Shown in pieces: positions 25,020 to 37,935 of a stretch of DNA of 64,000 bases. A program made the translations under genes and the position numbers. Position 1 is the stretch's first letter. The number at the start of each line of letters is the position of its first letter. Source of the stretch: Mobula hypostoma (Eukaryota); the NCBI RefSeq assembly GCF_963921235.1, contig NC_086097.1, forward strand, positions 123,444,001-123,508,000. The letters run 5' to 3'. The notes under the pieces were generated by a model. It was not told the origin of the DNA. It worked only from the letters and a program-made list of their open reading frames with translations, and did not search any database.

Positions 25020-25748
25020 CTGCATGCGATTGGAGCCTGTGATTTACATTTTAAGGGTGTGTTTTTGGGCCAGTTGAGTGATCCGGTGCTCTGCTGTCTC
25101 CGAGGGAGTTTGGTGAGCTTGCGAGCAGCTTGGAGGCCTGGATACAGGGTGTGAGCCCATGATCAGCTCGATTGCTTTTTTCCAATTGACGTGGCGAGCA
25201 AGGTTGAAGTTGACCAAGCCGAGAGTGGAGATGTGGTTTCAGCGCCATTTACCTGCATTTGACTGGTCTTCCTTTCTCTCTCGCGAGGTACTGTTAGAGT
25301 AATGTGCAGGAGTCTTGGAATCCACACTGCGTGATTGATCAGTGGAGCTTGTGGCTGTAGACTTGTTTCGGAGGACTTTGATGTTCATGCTGTACGTGTT
25401 TCTGGATTCTGTTTCTCATTTTTTTTACTGATTTTGAGCAGTTCGATCAGGGCAATTGATGCAGACTGGGGCACTGCGGTGAAGACTGACTCTACAGCCT
25501 GCAGTCAGCTATCAGTGTGGCACTGAATTGAATTAAACTGACTCCTCCTGGACTCCTGGTGTGGTGTTGGTATTCCATGCATTGTTTGTGCAATTTGTTA
25601 TTTTTTTCCATGCATTTGGTGTTTGATGTTTTCCTGAAAGGGTTCCATGATGTTTCTTTGTTTCATGGCTGCCAGCAGGAGGATAAATCTGAATTGTATT
25701 CTGTATACATATTTGGTAATAAATGTATTTTGACTTTGACTTTTGACT
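25020..25748 (+). mobile_element. Non-autonomous retroelement with Rex1-like tail
   Basis: gtgtgtttttgggccagttgagtgatc shared with the inverted copy at ~61030-61890; (tttgac)n tail. Confidence 0.6.
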
Positions 25749-25749
25749 T

Positions 25750-26310
25750 TATCTGTGCCACTGTTCATCTCATACACCTCTATCCAGTAATCTCTCGCCC
25801 TTCTTTGCTCCAAGGAGAAAAGCCTGAGCTCACTCAACCTATCCTCATAAGACACACTCTCTAATCCAGGCAGCATCCTGGTAAATCTCCATGCACTCTC
25901 CTAAAACTTCCACATCCCTCCTATGATAAAGCAACCAGAATTAAACACAATACTCCAAATGTGGCCTAACCAGAGTTTTACAGAGCTGCAACATTTCCTC
26001 ACTGCTCTTAAATTCAATCCCCTGACTAATGAAGGTCAAAACATCATACACCTTCTTAACCACTGCAAACTTGAAAGATCTATGGACTCCAAGATCCCAC
26101 TGTTCCTCCATACTGCTAAGAATCCTATCTTTAACCTGTACTCTGCCTTCAGTTATGATCTTCTGAAGTGAATTGCTTCTCATTTTTCCGGGTTGAACTC
26201 CATCTGCCAATCCTGAGCCCAACTTTGTAACCTATCAATGTCCTGTTGTAACATATGACAACTTTCTACACTATCCACAACACCACCAAACTTTGTGTCA
26301 TCTGTCCAAC
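25750..26310 (-). mobile_element. CR1 fragment
   Basis: MLQLCKTLVRPHLEYCV; MLPGLESVSYEDRLSEL. Confidence 0.85.
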
Positions 26311-26853
26311 CTTCATGTCATCTGCTTAAAATGTACTCTTGACTTCACAATCTCCCTCATTATGACCTTGCAACTTATTGTCTACTGCACCGTACTTTCA
26401 CTGTAACATTACACTCAGTGGCCACTTTATTAGGTACAGCCATACACCTGCTCATTAATGTAAATATCTAATTCAGCCTATCATGTGGCAGCAACTCAAT
26501 GCATAAAAGCAGGCGGACATGGTCAAGGGGTTCAGTTGTTGTTCAGACTAAACATTAGAATGGGGAAGAAATGTGATTGAAGTGACTTTGACCGTGGAAT
26601 GATTGTTGGTGCCAGACTGGATGGCTTGAGTATCTCAGAAACTGCTGATTTCTTGAGATTTTCATGCACAACAGTCTTTAGTGTTTGCAGAGAATGACGC
26701 AACAAAATAAAACATCCAGTGAGTGGCAGTTCTGGGTGCAAAAATGCCTTGTTAAGAAAGAGATCAGAGGAGAATGGCTAGACTGGATCAAGCTGGCAGA
26801 AAGGCGAAAGTAACTCAAATAACCACATGTTACACCAGTGGTGTGCAGAAGAG

Positions 26854-29812
26854 AAGGGGTCCCAACCTTTTTGGCACCGCGGACCGGTTTATTATTGACA
26901 ATATTCTTGCTGACCGGCTGACCTGGGGGGTGGGGAGGTCGGGTTGCCAACGGACAAGAGTAGCAGTAAGTACGCTGTGTTTACCCTGAGAAAGACAACC
27001 ATGACCATGAAGCCTCGCACGGGTACCTGTGTGTGCATGTGTGTACGTGCTGATTTTTTTCGACAAATCATTTTTAGCGATTCTGTTCAGTGAAACTACA
27101 CTGTACATACATTATTTCTACTTTATATAGGCTGTGTATTTATCATATAATTCCTGCTTTTACTCTATGTTAGTGTTATTTTAGGTTTTATGTGTCATTT
27201 GGTATGATTTGGTAGGTTATGTTTTGAGTCTGGGAATGCTCAAAAAAATGTTCCCATATAAATTAATGGTAATTGCTTCTATGCTTTACGTCAATTCAGC
27301 ATGAACGTTTCATAGGAACGCTCTATCTTTGCGGGGGAAATACGGAGCAAGGGCGGTCCCGTATATGGGACAAACCGATTTAGCCCAATATACGGGACGT
27401 CCCAGCTAATACGGGACAGTTGGTAACACTGGGGGGGGGGGGAGCGGGTGTTAATCACGACCAGAATACAGGTGATAAGTCAATTGTGTCACTTAAAAGT
27501 GACCAATATACTCAATTTCTTTTCTAAAAGGGTTTATCCAACGAATTTAATATTAAACACGCAGTGCATATTTTCCTCGCATGAATATAGTGATAAGTCA
27601 ATTATAAGTCACTTATAAGTCAATGGCATCATAACATTTTAAGTAACGTTTGGATATTAAACACACAGCACATATTTTCCCCGTATGAACATATAAAATC
27701 ATTGCAACACACCAATATCGCTGAATCAGTGTGAGCCCTGGGCTTGTTTCCCTGCAACAAGACGATCCTATCGAGGGGCGATGGGAGACAGCGATACTCA
27801 AAGGGGGTTCCTTATGTCCAGTCTATTCCACAATTTAGTTTTTATTGCATTCATTGCAGAAAACCCCGCTTCGCAAAGATATGATATTGGAAATGGAAGC
27901 AACATTGTCAGTGCTTTCGTGGCTATCTCAGGATATTCAGCCTTGACTTTGATCCAGAATGCCGGCAGAGATGTTATGTCAAACATACTTTTCAGCCCAC
28001 CGTCATTTGCAAGCTCGAGGAATTGATCTTCTTCCCGCGCTGACATAGATGATTTACTGGGGACATTCACAAATGGGTCATGGACCCATTCCTTTGCACG
28101 TCTTGGGTCATTTGCGGTTGGGAAGTAATGCTCGAATTCTGTTGACAGCGAAGTTAGGTGATCGCGCACCAGCTGTGAGAAAGACGGTGAAGCCTCAGTC
28201 TCTCCCAAAATCCCAGCTAATATTGGGAACATGTCAAATATGCCCCTGTCCACTCGCCGTCCCCACAGTTCTAGTTTAGCTTTGAAAGCAGACACTTCAT
28301 CTGCCAACTTGAAGACAGTTGTCATTCTCCCCTGAAGTGACAAATTGAGTTCATTGAGCAGTTTGAAGACGACACACAGATAAGCGAGTTCTGCTATCCA
28401 CTCCTCATCACTGAAGTGTGCTGCCAGTGGTGACCTTTTTCCTGAAAGAAATCTCTGTAGCTGCTCTTAACTCAGAAACCCTGGCCAGGGCTCTCCCCTT
28501 TGATAGCCACCTGACTTCAGTGTGTAAGAGAAGGCGTTTGTGCTCTGCATCCATTTCCTTGCAAAGCTGCTCAAACAGAGCTGAGTTAAGGGCTTTTGCT
28601 TTGACGTGATTGATAACTTCAACAACACCACTCAATACGCTGTTAAGATCAGGTGATATTTTTCAGCTAGCCAGCATTTCCCTGTGTGTGACACAGTGTG
28701 TAGACTGGCATTCAGGAGCAACCCCTTTGACTCGGGTAGTGAAACCAGACAGACGTCCAGTCATAGCTGCAGCCCTGTCTGTGCATATTCCAACACAGAA
28801 TGACCAGTCCAGTTTGCCTGACATGTCGTCATTCAAAGACTTGAATAGTTTTGCCCCAGTTGTGTTAGTTGGCAGCGGCAGTGCACACAACATATCCTCC
28901 TGAACATCGTCTTGAAATATATATCGCACATAAACCAGCAGCATTGCCATGTTGTCGACATCGGTAGTCTCATCGACCTGGATAGCATACCATGGTGACT
29001 CGTTAAGCTGTTCCAACAGCTGTGCTTTGATGTCCTCCGCTATGTCATCGATTCCTTGAAACTGTGGTAGCTGAAAGTGAAACCTGTGCCATCTTGTTAG
29101 CTGCAGCTTCTCCCAATAGTTCATGGCACATGTCCTTGGCAGCAGGCAGAATCAATTCTTCACCAACAGTGAAAGGCTTCTTAGCCTTAGCAATAAGGCT
29201 AGCCGCTAAGTACGATGCTCTCAGAGCAGCAGCATTTGTGGAGGTGGTGGTTCTCAGTACTTCCTTCTGTCCTGCTTGCTCACGTTTTTTTTTTCCGCTC
29301 CAAAAACTCGACGGGTTTGTCTTTAAGTGCCGGGTGCTTGGTCTCAAGGTGCCGAAGCAGATTTGAGGGCTTCACTGCCTCATTAGACAGCTTGTCTCCA
29401 CATATCACACACACAGGGGGCTTGGAGCGTGTGAGTCACCAGTCGCAATAAAGCCATATTTTATGTACGACTCGTCGTATTTTCTGTTGAAGGAAGCTTC
29501 CTTTTTTTTTGCCGTCTCTGCCTCAGCTGTCTCTGTATTATCATCATCGTAAGGCCTTTTATGTCCCCTGCCATCTCTTCCAAAGAAACTCCCCAGCGAC
29601 GTTTGTTTTTCACTCATACTGGCTGATGACCTCCGGCGTGTGTGATGTCCGGCGTGGCCGTAATGACCTCGCGTGCATTCAAGCTCAACAGTGGGCATGA
29701 CAGGGAATGAGGAAAGGTGCAGCACACCCATATCGCTTCATATCGCCAAATCATATCGTTTCCCCGTGGCCCGGCAGCATATGCTTTGCGGCCCGGTGGT
29801 TGGGGACCGCTG
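26854..29812 (-). mobile_element. Near full-length hAT transposon (Buster/Charlie, ZBED5/SCAND3-like transposase), frameshifted
   Basis: 8-bp TSD CAGAAGAG at 26846-26853 and 29813-29820; TIR ggttggggaccgctg; AIQVDETTD, GICTDRAAAMTG, THCVTHREMLAS, LLLHTEVRWLS and SYLCEAGFS motifs. Confidence 0.95.
26941..27430. mobile_element. hAT-type MITE nested in the 3' region of the Buster element
   Basis: Ends gggttgccaac ... gttggtaacact (imperfect TIR); flanked by G-runs. Confidence 0.55.
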
Positions 29813-30076
29813 CAGAAGAGCATCTCTGAACATACAATACATTGAACCTTGAAGTGAGTGGGCTACATCATAAGAAGTCTGCGAGCATACACTCAGTGAC
29901 CACTTCATTAGGTATAGGAGGGACCTAATAAAGTGGCCACTGGGTGTAGATTCTGCCCTCTGTGTTTGTTAACCGTGTACTGCCTCAATGCACTGTTATA
30001 ATGAATTGATCTCTGTGAATGATATGTAAGACTAGATTTTCTCTTGGTACATGTGACAATAATAAACCGATTTACC

Positions 30077-30252
30077 TCATTCGGTGGTGGAGGCAGATAC
30101 GATAGGACCTTTTAAGAGACTTTCGGATAGGTACATGGAGCTTAGAAAAATAGAGGACTATGGGTAAGCCTAGTAAGGTAGGGACATGTTCGGCACAACT
30201 TTGTGGGCCGAAGGGCCTGTATTGTGCTGTAGGTTTTCCATGTTTCTATGTT
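30077..30252 (+). mobile_element. CR1 extreme 3' fragment
   Basis: gggccgaagggcctgtattgtgctgtagg...(tgtttcta)n tail. Confidence 0.8.
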
Positions 30253-30397
30253 TAAATTAATGCAGCCTAGCACTGAAGTTATTTACTTGTTGTAGAGAGA
30301 GCAAGTCCTTGAAATCTTTGATCCACTACTTGCCTAATTTTAACCACCACTTGACTAATTTTAGGCCACAGAAACAGAAGACTACAGACATGCTGTA

Positions 30398-30440
30398 CAC
30401 TCAGTGGCTACAGAAGGCCCCTAATAAAATGACCACAGTG
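30398..30440. mobile_element. Stand-alone 43-bp Tc1-TIR mini-element flanked by TA
   Basis: TA|cactcagtggcta...cctaataaaatgaccacagtg|TA. Confidence 0.55.
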
Positions 30441-31429
30441 TACATGGTGAATAAATTCGATCCTTGATCCTTTCACCACCTCCTCTGGACCATGTTCCAG
30501 GCTCTTACCACTCTCTGTGTAAAAAACATGCCTTGTAAATCTCTTTTAAGCTTTTTTTTGTATTTAGAGATACAGTGAACAGGCCCTCCAGCCCTCCTTT
30601 CCCCCTCTCACTTTAAAGCTATGCCTGCTAATATTTGATATTTCCTTCCTGGGAAATCTATGGTCTATTTTAACAGATAAGCTTCTCAAGCCTTTGTAAA
30701 CTACAGAATAAAAAAAGAGGCACTGACATATCATCTGCTACTGCTTCAGGCCGTCCAAAAGCACTTTGCTGTTAATGAACCAAAATGTGATTACTATGGT
30801 AGTGTAGAGTCAATTTGTAAAGCATTACAGAGTAGTGATGCCTCTCAAAGTCCAACCCTACATCCCCATTGTGAGACATGGAAACAGGTAAGGCCGACCA
30901 ACAGGGCTCTGATGAAGCTGTATAGGCCAATCCCTGTACAGTGAATGCAATGGATTACAGAAACTTTGATGAACTCCAACCAGACCATCAATTTTGGATG
31001 ATGGAGATAGGAGGTCATTAATGGCCTCTACTCCACTGGGAGCTAAGGACCCAAGAAGAAGAAGACAGAGTACTGATGTCTTCTGTACTTCTTAATCGAG
31101 AAGCTTATATGATTGGCTTTGGTAAGAGAATGTGATGATTTGATAATGAATGCAAAGAAGGCTGTGCTTTGATTGCATTTCCTGTTTTGCATTTTTATGA
31201 ATGAAGTATATATTGTGAAACTAAAAAAAGTTCCTCTTTCCACAGCCTAACCTGCTGAGTGTTTCCAGAATTTTCTGCGTTTGTTCCAAATTTCCAGCTT
31301 CTGCAATATTTTTGTTATTTTTATACTCCACAGATGACAGAGATTAGTAAAGGTAAGGAGGGCGTTATCAGGTCAACAGCCTGCAGGGCACTATTGCAAT
31401 CAAGAGCCATGTCAAAATTTTGCAAAAGG

Positions 31430-31630
31430 TTAAAGATTAGCTTTATTTGCCACATGTACATCAAAACATACAGTGTTTGCATCAACGACCAGCACAGTCC
31501 GAGGATGTGCTGGGGGCAGCCTGCAAGTATTGCCACACTTCCGATGCCAACGTAGCATGCCCACAACTCACTAACCCTAACTTGTAAGTCTTTTTGGAAT
31601 GTGGGAGGAAACCAGAGCACCCGGTCATGT
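31430..31630 (-). mobile_element. V-SINE 3' part with Rex1-like tail
   Basis: Reverse complement of ~3670-3860. Confidence 0.7.
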
Positions 31631-32350
31631 ACATGTTCCTGAAACAATGATTTATTATCAAGCAATAGGTCATAAATGCCTCAGTACTATGGACAGATGA
31701 GCTTATAAGGGGTCAAAACTGTTAAACATACCTTTAGGATGCACAAAATCCTTCACCGGCAGCTTCTTATCAGATTGCCTAATCTTCATCTCCTATCTAC
31801 TGTAAGATTGTACCAGTTTCCTGCTTCTAGTTAGGGTTTGCAGATAAGTGTACTATTGTAACTGCTGCAGTTGTTATACAAAAACCCACAAGTGACTGGG
31901 GTTCTCGTCTCACTTGGCCATGTTACATCTTAAAACATTTATACAATGCAGTAATTAGGTGCTTACATGTGTTTCTAGAAAATCGCAATTTATTTAATGT
32001 AGGCTTTATGAGATTATGAGACTAGGATTATGAGTCCTAAAACACACATTCTTACCAGTTAGCAAACATCCAAATGCAATTCATGATTTATTTGCCACTG
32101 TTTTGAAATAGCACAATTCAGTCATAAGAGGACAACTTTGTAAAAATGTAATCAGTTAATCGTGTTGATATTTCTCCACCATAAAGATTATACTGAAAAC
32201 CTGATGTAATTTACCAGATAAGGTACAAACCTTACTGCCAAATACTTCAGTTCACAGACCGGACCATTACAAACAATTTGTTTTCAAAAGTCTAAGTAAA
32301 TCTATTATCAAAGTACTGATATGTCACCATATACAAACTGTACAAATAGT

Positions 32351-32388
32351 AGATAGATAGATAGATAGATAGATAGACAGGCAGATAG
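32351..32388. repeat. (GATA)n microsatellite
   Basis: agatagatagatagatagatagatagacag. Confidence 0.9.
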
Positions 32389-32990
32389 GTAGTTTTTTAC
32401 AACCATATAACCATATCACAATTACAGCATGGAAACAGGCCATCTAGGCCCTTCTAGTCTGTGTTAAACTCTTACTCTCACCTAGTCCCACCGACCTGCA
32501 CTCAGCCCATAACCCTCCATTCCTTTCCTGTCCATATAGCTATCCAATTTTACTTTAAACGACAACATCGAACCTGCCTCAACTACTTCTGTAGGAAGCT
32601 CGTTCCACACAGCTACTACTCTCTGAGTGAAGAAGTTCCCCCTAATGTTACCCCTAAACTTTTGTCCTTTAACTCTCAACTCATATCCTCTTGTTTGAAT
32701 CTTCCCCAATCTCAATGGAAAAAACCTATCCATGTCAACCATATCAATCCCCTTCATAATTTTAAACACCTCTATCAAGTCCCCCCTCAATCTTCTACGC
32801 TCCAAAGAATAAAGACCTAACTTGTTCAACCTTTCTCTGTAACTTAGGAGATGAAACACAGGTGACATTTTAGTAAACCTCCTCAGTACTCTCTCAATTT
32901 TATTGACATCTTTCCTATAATTCGGTGACCAGAACTGTACACAATACTCCAAATTTGGCCTTACCAATGACCTATACTATTTCAACATTA

Positions 32991-34597
32991 CATAGAAACA
33001 TAGAAACATAGAAAATAGGTGCAGGAGTAGGCCAATCGGCCCTTTGAGCCTGCACCGCCATTTATTATGATCATGGCTGATCCTCCAACTCAGAACCCCG
33101 CCCCAGCCTTCCCTCCATACCCCCTGACCCCAGTAGCCACAAGGGCCATATCTAACTCCCTCTTAAATATAGCCAATGAACTGGCCTCAACTGTTTCCTG
33201 TGGCAGAGAATTCCACAGATTCACCACTCTCTGTGTGAAGAAGTTTTTCCTAATCTCGGTCCTAAAAGGCTTCCCCTCTATCCTCAATCTGTGGCCCCTC
33301 GTTCTGGACTTCCCCAACATCGGGAACAATCTTCCTGCATCTAGCCTGTCCAATCCCTTTAGGATCTTATACGTTTCAATCAGATCCACCCTCAATCTTC
33401 TAAATTCCAACGAGTACAAGCCCAGTTCATCCAGTCTTTCTTCATATGAAAGTCCTGCCATCCCAGGAATCAATCTGGTGAACCTTCTTTGTACTCCCTC
33501 TATGGCAAGGATGTCTTTCCTCAGATTAGGGGACCAAAACTGCACACAATACTCCAGGTGTGGTCTCACCAACGCCTTGTACAACTGCAGTAGTACCTCC
33601 CTGCTCCTGTACTCGAATCCTCTCACTATAAATGCCAGCATACCATTCGCCTTTTTCACAGCCTGCTGTACCTGCATGCCCACTTTCAATGACTGGTGTA
33701 TAATGACACCCAGGTCTCGTTGCACCTCCCCTTTTCCTAATCGGCCACCATTCAGATAATAATCTGTTTTCCTATTTTTGCCACCAAAGTGGATAACTTC
33801 ACATTTATCCACATTAAATTGCATCTGCCATGAATTTGCCCACTCACCCAACCTATCCAAGTCACCCTGCATCCTCTTAGCATCCTCCTCACAGCTAACA
33901 CTGCCACCCAGCTTCGTGTCATCCGCAAACTTGGAGATGCTGCATTTAATTCCCTCATCCAAGTCATTAATATATATTGTAAACAACTGGGGTCTCTGCA
34001 CTGAGCCTTGCGGTACCCCACTAGTCACCGCCTGCCATTCTGAAAAGGTCCCGTTTATTCCCACTCTTTGCTTCCTGTCTACTAACCAATTCTCCACCCA
34101 CACCAATACCTTACCCCCAATACTGTGTGCTTTAAGTTTGCACACTAATCTCCTGTGTGGGACCTTGTCAAAAGCCTTTTGAAAATCCAAATATACCACA
34201 TCCACTGGTTCTCCCCTATCCACTCTACTAGTTACATCCTCAAAAAATTCTATGAGATTCGTCAGACATGATTTTCCTTTCACAAATCCATGCTGACTTT
34301 GTCCGATCATTTCACCGCTTTCCAAATTTGCTGTTATCACATCCTTGATAACTGACTCCAGCAGTTTCCCCACCACCGACGTTAGGCTAACCGGTCTATA
34401 ATTCCCCAGTTTCTCTCTCCCTCCTTTTTTAAAAAGTGGGGTTACATTAGCCACCCTCCAATCCTCAGGAACTAGTCCAGAATCTAACGAGTTTTGAAAA
34501 ATTATCACTAATGCATCCACTATTTCTTGGGCTACTTCCTTAAGCACTCTAGGATGCAGACCATCTGGCCCTGGGGATTTATCTGCCTTCAATCCCT
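32991..34597 (-). mobile_element. Young 5'-truncated CR1 nested in the full-length CR1
   Basis: (tttctatg)n tail at 32991-33015; uninterrupted reading frame. Confidence 0.95.
33090..34592 (-). CDS. CR1 ORF2 reverse transcriptase and C-terminus (500 aa open frame, 5'-truncated, no native start)
   Basis: [42 protein letters not shown]. Confidence 0.85.
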   Translation of the reverse strand: MKADKSPGPDGLHPRVLKEVAQEIVDALVIIFQNSLDSGLVPEDWRVANVTPLFKKGGREKLGNYRPVSLTSVVGKLLESVIKDVITANLESGEMIGQSQHGFVKGKSCLTNLIEFFEDVTSRVDRGEPVDVVYLDFQKAFDKVPHRRLVCKLKAHSIGGKVLVWVENWLVDRKQRVGINGTFSEWQAVTSGVPQGSVQRPQLFTIYINDLDEGIKCSISKFADDTKLGGSVSCEEDAKRMQGDLDRLGEWANSWQMQFNVDKCEVIHFGGKNRKTDYYLNGGRLGKGEVQRDLGVIIHQSLKVGMQVQQAVKKANGMLAFIVRGFEYRSREVLLQLYKALVRPHLEYCVQFWSPNLRKDILAIEGVQRRFTRLIPGMAGLSYEERLDELGLYSLEFRRLRVDLIETYKILKGLDRLDAGRLFPMLGKSRTRGHRLRIEGKPFRTEIRKNFFTQRVVNLWNSLPQETVEASSLAIFKRELDMALVATGVRGYGGKAGAGF

Positions 34598-36993
34598 TCG
34601 ATTAATAAAGGCCAGCATACCAAAAGCTTTCTTCACCACCCTATCCACATGAGATTCCACCTTCAGGGAACTATGCACCATTATTCCTAGATCCCTCTGT
34701 TCTACAGCATTCTTCAATGCCCTACCATTCACCATGTATGTCCTATTTTGATTAGTCCTACCAAAATGTAGCACCTCACATTTTTCAGCATTAAACTCCA
34801 TCTGCCATCTTTCAGCCCACTCTTCCAACTGTCCTAAATCTCTCTACAAGCTTTGAAAACCTTCCTCATCATCCACAACGCCACCTATCTTAGTATCATC
34901 TGCATCCTTACTAACCTAATTTACCACCCCATCATCCAGATCATTAATATATATGACAAACAACATTGGACCCAGTACAGATCCCTGAGGAACACCACTA
35001 CACACCGTCCTCCAATCTGATACACAGTTATCCACCACTACTCTCTGGCGTCTCCCATCTAGCCACTGCTGAATCCATTTTACTACTTCCATATTAACGC
35101 CTAACGATTGAACCTTTCTAACTAACCTTCCATGTGGAACCTTGTCAAAGGCCTTACTGAAGTCCATATAGACAACATCCACCGCATTACCCTCATCTAC
35201 TTTCTCAGTAACCTCATCAAAAAATTCAACAAGATTTGTCAAACATGACCTTCCACGCTCAAGTCCATGTTGACTTTTCCTAAACAGACTCTGTCTATCC
35301 AGATAATTATATATACCATCTCTAAGAATACTTTCCATCAATTTACCCACCACTGACGTCAAACTCACAGGCCGATAATTGCCAGGTTTACTCTTAGAAC
35401 CCTTTTTAAACAATGGAACCACATGAGCAATACGCCAATCCTTCAGCACCATCCCCGTTTCTAATGACATTTGAAATATTTCTGTCCGAGCCCCTGCTAT
35501 TTCTACACTAACTTCCCTCAAGGTCCTAGGGAATATCTTGTCCAGACCCGGAGACTTATCCACTTTTATATTCCTTAAAAGCGCCAATACTTCCTCTTCT
35601 TTAATTGTCATACTTTCCATAACTACCCTTCTTGTTTCCTTTACCTTACACAATTCAATAACCTTCTCCTTAGTGAATACCGAAAAAAAGAAATTGTTCA
35701 AACTCTCCCCCATCACTTTTGGCTCCACACACAGCCGTCCACTCTGATTCTCCAAGGGACCAATTTTATCCCTCACTATCCTTTTGCCACTAACATAACT
35801 GTAGAAACGCTTTGGATTTATTTTTACTTTACCTGCCAAAGCAGCCTGGTATCTTCTTTCAGCTTTTCTAATTTCTTTCTTAAGATTCTTTTTACATTCT
35901 TTATATTCCTCGAGTACCTCATTAACTCCAAGCTGCCTATATTTATTGAAGATCCCTCTCTTTTTCCGAACCAAGTTTCCAATATCCCCTGAAAACCATG
36001 GCTCTCTTAAACTTTTAACCTTTCAACCTAACAGGAACATAAAGATTCTGAACCCTCAAAATTTCACCTTTAAATGACCTCCATTTCTCTATTACATCCT
36101 TCCCATAAAACAAATTGTCCCAATCCACTCCTTCTAAATCCTTTTGCATCTCCTCAAAGTTAGCCTTTCTCCAATCAAAAATCTCAATCCTTGGTCCAGT
36201 TCCATCCTTCTCCATAATTACACTGAAACTAATGGTATTGTGATCACTTGACCTGAAGTGCTCCCCAACACATACCTCCGTCACCTGCCCTGTCTCATTC
36301 CCTAACAGGAGATCCAACACTGCCCCTTCTCTAGTTGGCACCTCTATGTATTGCTGCAAAAAACTATCTTGCACACATTTTACAGACTCCAAACCATCCA
36401 GCCCTTTTACAGAATGGGTTTCCCAGTCTATGTGTGGAAAATTAAAATCTCCCACAATCACAACCTTGTGCTTACTACAAATATCTGCTATCTCCTTACA
36501 AATTTTTCTCCTCCAGTTCTCTGTCCCCGTTACGTGGTCTATAATACACCACTATAAGCGTCACAACACCTTTCCTATTCCTCAATTCCACCCAAATAGC
36601 CTCCCTAGACGAGTCCACTATCTATCCTGCCAGAGCACTGCTGTTATATAATCTCTGACAAGCAATGCAACACCTCCCCCCTTGCCCCTCCTATTCTATC
36701 ACACCTGAAGCAACAAAATCCTGGAATATTTAGTTGCCAATCACACCCCTCCTGCAACCACGTTTCACTAATAGCTACAACATCATATTTCCAGGTATCA
36801 GTCCATGCTCTAAGCTCATCCACCTTTCTTACAATGCTCCTAGCATTAAAATAGATGCATTTAAGAAACTCTCCACCTCCCACTCTCTGTTTATCCTTAA
36901 TTGAGCAAACTTTGTTATCTTTTTCTTCCTTTTCCCCTACATCAACCTCCACTCTCCTAGTCTCCTTAACTTGATTCCCTCCCCCCAACCATT

Positions 36994-37935
36994 CTAGTTT
37001 AAAGTCACCTCAGTAGCCCTCGCACATCTCCCCCCAGGATATTTGTCCCCCTATAATTCAAGTACAACCCGTCCCCTTTGTACAGGTCATGCCTGCGCCA
37101 ATAGTGGTCCCAATGATCCAAAAACCCCAAGCCCCTACCCCTTGCTCCAATCTCTCAGCCACGCATTTATCCTACATCTCATTGCATTCCTACTCTCACT
37201 GTCGCGTAGCACAGGAAGTTATCCCAAGCTTACTACCTTTGCGGTCCTTCTTCTCAACTCCCTTCCCATCTCCCTATATTCTTCTTTCAGTATCTCTCCC
37301 CTTTTCCAACCTATGTCATTAGTACCTATATGTACTACAACCTCTGGCTCCTCTCTCTCCCACTTCAGGATCTCTTGGACGCGATCAGAAACATCCTGGA
37401 CCCTGCCACCAGGGAGGCAAACTACCATCCGGGTCTCCGGACTTCATCCACAGAATTGCCTATCTGACCCCCTAAGTATTGAGTCCCCTATTACTACTGC
37501 CCTCTTCTTCTGTTCCCTACCCTTCTGAGCTACAGGGCTGGACTCTGTGCCGGAGGCACGGCCAGTGTTGCTTCCCCCAGGTATGTTGTCCCCCACAACA
37601 GTACTTAAACAGGAGTACTTATTGTCAAGGGGCACAGCCACAGCCACAGGGGTCCTCTCTATTACCTGATTCTTCCTATTCCCGCTCCTAACCGTGACCC
37701 ACTTGTCTGCCTCCCGTGGCTCCAGTGTGACCACCTGCCTGTAAGTCCTCTCTATCAACTCCTCACTCTCCCTGACAAGATGAAGGTCATCGAGCTGCAG
37801 CTCCAGTTTCCTAACACGGTCTCTTAGGAGCTGCAGCTCAACGCACCTGGCGCAGATGTGGATATCCGGGAGGCTGGGAGACTCCACTACGTCCCAGATC
37901 CGGCACTGAGAACAACAATCTGCCCTCACACTCAT
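36994..37935 (-). pseudogene. CR1 ORF1: CxxC...CxxC zinc finger, leucine zipper, SGNH esterase
   Basis: CSQC...CARC-VELQLLRDRVRKLELQLDDL; VVIGDSILRG; CLPGGRVQDV; VHIGTNDIG. Confidence 0.9.

Larger units (their letters stand above)
26412..29946 (+). mobile_element. Tc1-like non-autonomous element with TA TSD, split by a hAT
   Basis: TA|cactcagtggccactttattaggtac at 26410; ...aaagtggccactgggtg|TA at 29947; sequence resumes exactly after the hAT TSD. Confidence 0.9.

Noticed and set aside
27798..29731. Domesticated ZBED5/SCAND3-type host gene
   Set aside because: Multiple frameshifts, intact TIRs and TSD, and a second copy nearby: a decayed transposon
30750..30887. Open 138-nt phase-0 exon candidate ending CAG|GTAAGG
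   Set aside because: Weak acceptor, unrecognised peptide, and its 5' part resembles an old SINE remnant
33067..33759. Long plus-strand ORFs (also 21577-22083, 23006-23536)
   Set aside because: Antisense shadows of CR1 ORF2
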